A stretch of 56,217 bases of DNA, counting the filler, from Sphacelaria rigidula (taxonomy: Eukaryota), in NCBI GenBank assembly GCA_964200075.2. It is 5 parts of 5 records of this genome, joined end to end, with 100 filler letters (N's around TTAATTAATTAA, not from the genome) between each part and the next. Parts side by side here need not be neighbours in the genome. Positions count along the whole stretch, not along the records: positions 45,056 to 56,217 come from CAXNAA020005299.1; 4 more parts are not named here. The stretch is one strand, 5' to 3'. Positions 50,147 through 56,217 of this stretch are shown piece by piece. Position 1 is the stretch's first letter; every line of letters starts with the position of its first letter. The translations under genes and the position numbers were made by a program. The notes below the pieces were generated by a model. It saw only the letters and a program-made list of their open reading frames with translations, ran no database searches and had not been told where the DNA came from.

Positions 50147-51547
50147 ATGACGACCCGGCATCATGTGCTTTTCGGTAACAGCCCTGAGGATCTACAGAAG
50201 CAGCAGGATAAGCACAACAAGCATCACCAACACTCCGAGGCTCAGCTACTCGACGCCGACACCATAGCGGGCCTCACCGGAGGTACTGCCGCCGTTGTGC
50301 ATCAGGAGAACAATTGCAGTAGTAGTTCCCGTTACCATAGTGCTAACAATTGCTTACGACCTCCGCCGTTGGAAGCAGCAGCCGACGATGGCGATGCTGG
50401 TGAAAATGTTGATGGCGACGATGATATGCGGGATGCCCGGTCGGAAACACTGAGTTCCATACGAGACTCGACCGGATCGGCTGGATCCGCGTGTTTCGAG
50501 GGCTGCTCCGATGGCGTTGGGTCCGTGCTGTCGGACGACCTTGGAGACGTCTACTTTACTGACGACGATGACTTGGAAGCAAAGAAAGACGGCGTCAGCG
50601 TTAGCACTGATTATCTTGACGACCAAGGTCACAGTTGTGCCATTGCAGCGCTGACCACAAGGGATAGCGACAGTGATGATGGAGAGGAGGTGGAGGACGA
50701 GATTGAAGGGGGGCAAAAAGTAAGCGCAGCACCCACGACGACTGCAGTTGTACAAATAGTGGCGAAAGGACACCCGCCATCATCCGACGGATTTGCAGCG
50801 AGTACATCAGCGGGTCCTGCGTTCGAGACACGACAACATCTTGGCAATGGCGGCGGCAGCCGAAGTCGCGAGAGTGACAGCATAGGGCAAGCGACAACGA
50901 CGGTTATCGTTCAGGATAACGAAGAAGCCATGACTGGTGCTTCGGGACCAAGACCTAAATCACTGCTGCCATCAACCACTGTCACAAGAAGGACAGCAAC
51001 AAGTCCCCTGCTGCCTGTGAATGACAACGATGAACGGGAACGACAAGGCGGGCAGCAAGGTGAAGATTGTGAACGACCTCCAACGCCAAATCTAAAAAAT
51101 ATGGCCCCTGCTGATCTGAAGGGGATCGAAACCGCCACCGACGACGACGCGGAGGATGTCGCGAGGATCACACCCCGAACGGAACCGCTAGCGTCGCCTC
51201 ATCAGAGTCGGTCAAGTGTTTCTGCAACAAAAGACACAGCGACGACTAAAAGCCAAGTCATGTCTGCGTTATCGTTACCTTCGCCACCGCCGCAATCATG
51301 TCGCTCCGCCCAGTACAGCCGTCGTGGAGGTGGCGGGATTCCGGCGGCCGCGGTCGTGACGAATACGACGAGGACTGTTCAACCGATGCCCACCGTAACG
51401 TGTAAGGTATTGGTAGTGGGCAACGCCAAATGCGGAAAGTCTTCGATCATCAGCCGCTTCGTCAGCAATCGCTTCAGCCCGGACTACATCTCCACGGTCG
51501 GTGCGGACTACGCCATGAAGGACGTTGCGCTAGCAGACGGACGCCGG
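50147..51547 (+). CDS. First exon of a Rab-family GTPase (Rab32/38-like) with a long low-complexity N-terminal extension
   Basis: CKVLVVGNAKCGKSSIISRFVSNRFSPDYISTVGADYAMKDV = beta1, G1 P-loop, switch I/RabF1. CGG|gtatgt phase-0 donor at 51548. In-frame stop just before the ATG. The WD..GQ exon was not located in the window. Confidence 0.88.
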
Positions 51548-51699
51548 GTATGTGTGTATAGGGTTAGTGGGTGTGTGACCATGGTGTCATTTCGGAACAT
51601 CATTCTACTAATATTCCACGCGTCAAACGATAGGAACCATGCAAAGTCCATGTTCGACTTTTGCACAAATCACTCATTCAATTGGTACAAAGTTGTGAT

Positions 51700-51944
51700 T
51701 CGTACATGTGTTGAACTCGTTACTCGTGCTGCGCTACGTCGCATGCATACTTTTCCCACCCGTAATTCGTGCGACATGAAAATAAACGTAGACCCTACCC
51801 ATCTATGACTCATGTGGCATGAATCATACGTGTATATTTCCGCGTTCTGAATCATACGGCATGAATCATACGTACATTTTTCCGACCTGTGATTTACGTG
51901 GTATGAATCAGGCGCATTTTTCGTCACCACTCTTGATTCGTATA
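51700..51944. repeat. 42-bp hairpin-core minisatellite, left block
   Basis: Repeated TGA(T/C/A)TCATRYGGCATGAATCA cores at 42-bp spacing (~51806, ~51848, ~51890); ends at the TA of the TIR insertion. Confidence 0.8.
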
Positions 51945-52934
51945 CAGGCTGGTTCGCGCTTATCAACCGAAGAACACCTACCCGCAAAACTCCACGCCGT
52001 TTATAGGAGTTAGAGCCTATCAAAATTGCGCAACTTTGCTATGGATCATTATGCAACTTTCGACGGTCGATTTTTTTCTTCACTTTTTTAGTTTTTCCCC
52101 ATTTTCCGGGGGTCCCAGGGTTTGGGGGGAAACTTGGATCCCGTCGGACCCCCGAAAAACGGTCAAAAAGCCAGAAAGCGAAAAAAATCTGGTCGATCGA
52201 AAGTTGCGTAATGACCCATAGCACACTTGTACCAAATCTCAGGGTCTAATTCCTAGAAGCGGCGTGGAGTTTAGCGCGTTTGTGCGAAGACTTGAGCCTG
52301 AAGCGTGTGAACTCCGATTACTTGGTTTCAGTATAGGGAGGGTTATTTGGTTTTTTTTTTGCTTGGCGAAGAAAGTTGTATGAGGTTTCGGGTTTCTCGA
52401 CTAAACTTTGCACGTATAGTCCTTGGACTACCCCGGGACGCATCATTTTATTTTTTCATATGGGGCATTCTGTACTATCTTCCGGGGGTCTTCACACTGG
52501 GACCCCCGGAACCCAGTAGAGAACGGAGAAACTTTGAATATTCAATATTATCAAGAACACAATTTTCATTTGGAGCATCAATACCCAGGGAACTGCGATG
52601 TTTGAGGGCGATTTGAGCTTGTCTGCGATAGATATAGAGGAAATCGTCACGAGGCTCCCTGATGGCGGTTACTATGATTTGAAGCATGTGAAGCTTGAGT
52701 GAAAATCGGGCTTGAAATTGGTATTTTCGATTTCAGAACAATCTGAAAGGCGGGGTTGGTGGAGGTACCTTCTCGCCCTTAGGGCCACCGCTATGGCCTT
52801 CAACACAAACCTGGCTATGTCACGCGCTTTAGCTGTCTATGGCGGTTAGTATCATATCATGTATGCGACTACTGGGTAGAAATTGCGAAAGGTATTTGCT
52901 GATGACACAATTTTGGGTCATGTGAACCAGCCTG
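51945..52934 (-). mobile_element. Non-autonomous TA-targeting TIR element, copy 2
   Basis: TA|CAGGCTGGTTCGCGC ... ATGTGAACCAGCCTG|TT; colinear with 7236-8334; internal ~300-bp foldback at 51983-52277. Confidence 0.82.
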
Positions 52935-53539
52935 TTGGGTCAATCGAACTGACATTATCCCTGCCAATGATTCGTGTAGCATGACTTGAACGCGCATCGT
53001 TTGCACTCGTTCTTCGTGCGGAATGCATCAAGCGAACATTTTTTCCCAAGAGTGACTCATGTAACGTCTTGAGGACGCAAGGGGCAGGAGGGAGATTGTT
53101 TCAACCACTCCGCTGATTTCTAATTGGTTTGGCGGACAAGTAGTGTAGTTAGTTCCAGCAAGTCGGATCGCGGTAAAGGTATGAAGGAGATGAGGGGAGA
53201 TGCAAATTCAACTTTCCGCACGAACTCTGAACTACGTCAGTCTGGGGAACATATGATATTTCGATTTTATCTTCAACAGCAAGAGTATGGAGTGTAAAGG
53301 TATCCCGTTTTTTTAGGCTTGGTCGTTGATTGTGATCGACTTGCAGACTTACAAAATATATTCGCGGGTGCGGGTGGTGTATTTTTCGTTCATTCGTTGG
53401 TAAACCGAACAATATTGCTGCTCTGGGGGTGCAAAATCATACTGTCGATGGTTGGTTTGAGATAACGATTTTTGAAAAGAAGACGTTATCGTCTTGTTCA
53501 TAAGAGTGTAATTCAAGGCGTGGGTTATGGAGAGCCAGT

Positions 53540-53945
53540 ATCATACGGTTCGTGAGTCATTTGCCGTGAATCAGACATACCAATGCATTATTCCTGTCTG
53601 TGATCCATACGGCATGAATCAAGCTCACGTCTTTCCCGCGTGTGATTCGTATGGCATGAATTATACGTACATTTTTTCCACCTGTGATCCATACGGCATG
53701 AATCAAGGATATATCTCTCTAGCCTGTGACTCATGTGGCATGGATCATACGCGTCTTCCTCCGTTCATTCATACGGCATGAATTATCCGTACACAATTCC
53801 CACCAGCGGTTCACGCGGTATGAATCAAACCTACATGCTTTGCACTCACTATTCCTGCGGCACTCCGTGGAATGTACATAGTGTCGCTAGTCATCCCTGC
53901 GATACGACTTGCAGGCGCACATGCTTCCCATCCGTGATTCGCACG
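53540..53945. repeat. 42-bp hairpin-core minisatellite, right block
   Basis: TGTGATYCRTAYGGCATGAATYA-like cores at 53599, 53641, 53683 and 53725, with weaker units at ~53764 and ~53805. Confidence 0.88.
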
Positions 53946-54089
53946 CAGCGACTCTTCACGTCATAATGGATCATAATATCCACTGTCATTCTTTCCTTTT
54001 TTGCTTTAGATCGACCAGTTCTCTCTGTGCTTTGCTTTTATTTTTTCACGTCTTCGTCTACCATGTCGTTCTGGTTAACTTTTCTGTTT

Positions 54090-54200
54090 CCTCTTTTTCT
54101 TCAGCGAGTGTTTTCAGTTTCGTGTTGTCGTGGGTACGTCGATCATGTGACCAAGGCTGGATCCCTGGGGAGTCAGTTAAAGTGCGACAATCAATCTCAA
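54090..54200 (+). mobile_element. (CAAT)n-tailed retroposon 3' end
   Basis: GGCTGGATCCCTGGGGAGTCAGTTAAAGTGCGACAATCAATC; homologous to the units at 45553-46003. Confidence 0.75.
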
Positions 54201-55794
54201 TTTTCAATTCGGTTGTTGTTTCAGGCTATTCCAGATTCGGCATCGGATTTCTGTGACAGAAAACTGTCTCGTTTTTTCGGAATACTTGAAAAAAAAACAA
54301 GCAGAGCTTTTCGCAACACTGCTCAAAACGTGAACCCATTATATGGAGTACAGGGTACTACACTGAACACAACACAAGTCTGCAGTGGTATATGAAGTAC
54401 AGAGTACGACACTGAATACAACACGACACAGCACAGCTTCTGCAGTACAATTCTGCAGTGTTTTTTAGAACCTGAACACGGACTGTATACAGTATGCATC
54501 AGCTGCTTTCTCTTGTTGCAGTAGCCACGCGAGGGAGACACACTCCACGTGCACAGCTCCCACAGAGAGATGCGCACAGCTATATTTCCCAGAACTTCGC
54601 CGAGTAAGCAAGCATGGACCCATCGGCGGGTAGTAGTACATACCCAGCGCTGTCCAGCACGGTGGTTATCACTCGCAAGGTGCGTGTGTGTTTTCGCACG
54701 GTCGAAACGCGNNNNNNNNNNTCGATTTACTGGCAATAAATATGCTGCTGATACTGCTGCTGCTGCTGCTGCTTCTCGTGCGGGAGGCGACCCGCGTTTC
54801 ATCGTGCGACATTACCCATGCACCCGGCACGTTACGTCATGTGCCGCTGATACTGCTGCATGCTTACAAGAACAGTCAGGTGATCGGAATGTTCATCTGT
54901 TTTTTTATCGCTTGACCGTTTTCCTCTCACGCATTGCACTTGCATGGTGTGTTGGCTATTTCGTCCCGAGTCAAACGAACAAGGTGCTTCCCATACTCAT
55001 CATTTTTATGCTGTAGTTGTCGCTGGGCTGTTGTGCATCTAAATACTCTACGACGATCACGTTGCGATGTGCGCTGGAGAGTGCCTGAACAGTTGTAGTG
55101 CTAGACAAGCAGTTATGTCTAAATCGAAGCCCAGATCTGTGCACAGGTAAACAATGCGGCTATCTGAAAGTGGACGTTAGCTCCAATATCTCTGTGGTGC
55201 TGCGGACAAGACACAACGAGGTAGCACAGCGCCGACACACCGAACCACGAGAACCGACGCATAGACACCCACCACTCACGCGCATTGTTCAAGCGCTATA
55301 ATAGCTCATCATCCACACAAGACAGCCTTTGTTTGACGAAAATCCGTCCTGTGTAGGATGAAAGGCGGTCCCGTGCGTGTCAAATAGCAACCGAAAACGT
55401 GCTGTTGGTGACTGTTTTTATGATTGTGTGCCGTTCTTGCTCTTCTTCATTGAGGGCGTCTGTCTGTTCTGTCCCTTTCCCATCCCATTCCAATGTAAGA
55501 AAGGAAAGGAAAATTGGAGGCGCGATGCGAAGCAGAGCAATCTATCAATCAGATCAAATCGAAATCGTTAGTACGGAACACAACCTGGATAATCATGAAC
55601 GACTCTACATGTGTGAAATTCAGCTTAGTCTAAATCATCTCCCAAGTACGGCTGCAGGACGATGAACTTACATCTCGCTCATGGTTCACGCCCTCACAGT
55701 CCGGGACTAGTGGGATGCGTTTCTTCATCGCGAAAGCGGGTTCGCACATGCAGCTGAAAACCTGCACAAATAATTGTGCCCTCACCATACGATC

Positions 55795-56217
55795 ACTTGG
55801 TCAATGGTCAAACGACTGAGGCAAGTAACAAATGAGTACCCTCCCCCCCTCACCATGGTCCTGGTCCGGCAAGAACCCGGCGTGCTCCGTCTCGGCTTCG
55901 TAGGGGCGGACCCTCCATGGGGTTGGCGTCTGTTGGCGATGACGCTATAAAACATGCCACTCACTGCGTAAGCGAGGCAACCAGGTTATCGTTTTTTTTT
56001 GCGGTAACCATGATGATGATCGAGCAAGATCATGTTGTGCGGCATGGGAGAACCTCAACTCCGCACAATGGGGAGGATCGTACCACGTAGTGTTTACATG
56101 GTGAAGCACCCATAAGGCAGCGTATAAGCCGTGGCTGTCTCAGGAAGTGGCGATACCAGAAAATAAAGCAACTCATTGGAGGCTGTCATCCAAATGCAAG
56201 ATAAATCAGTAGGTTTT
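55795..56217 (+). mobile_element. Poly(C)-family 3' end followed directly by the 5' part of another copy (runs off the window)
   Basis: AGGCAAGTAACAAATGAGTACCCTCCCCCCC, then CCTGGTCCGGCAAGAACCCGGCGTGCTCCG..., aligning to 43363-43715. Confidence 0.88.

Noticed and set aside
51548..51808. C-terminal 86 aa of the 553-aa ORF
   Set aside because: Intron read-through after the GTATGT donor; GTPase similarity stops at DGRR.
53540..53945. True CRISPR array
   Set aside because: Repeats are degenerate, spacers are short and mutually similar, there are no cas genes, and the context is a eukaryotic intron.

Overview
This is repeat-rich, intron-rich eukaryotic nuclear DNA. The repeat families, long introns and exon style suggest a brown alga (Phaeophyceae, kelp-like); this is inference. 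The window is not one natural locus. Four identical 100-bp spacers (N44-TTAATTAATTAA-N44) split it into five almost equal segments of 11,162-11,164 bp. Supported gene content: (1) a minus-strand multi-exon low-complexity gene of unknown function (~18.7-21.4 kb); (2) the 3' exons of a minus-strand Q/G-rich gene with DPF/NPF motifs, resembling an endocytic adaptor tail (24.2-32.6 kb); (3) a head-to-head pair of first exons, one probably a eukaryotic zeta-toxin-like P-loop kinase (minus) and one a Rab32/38-like GTPase with a ~415-aa N-terminal extension (plus). Supported mobile content: a decayed, 3'-truncated Ty1/Copia retrotransposon, tRNA-derived SINEs, TTAA-flanked piggyBac-type MITEs, a TA-flanked ~1-kb TIR element in two copies, several foldback MITEs, and a recurrent retroposon-like family bracketed by poly(C) tracts. 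A 42-bp minisatellite built on a hairpin superficially resembles a CRISPR array. I found no convincing new multi-gene system. The best leads are the poly(C)-associated element, the zeta-toxin-like gene, the hairpin array and the extended Rab.
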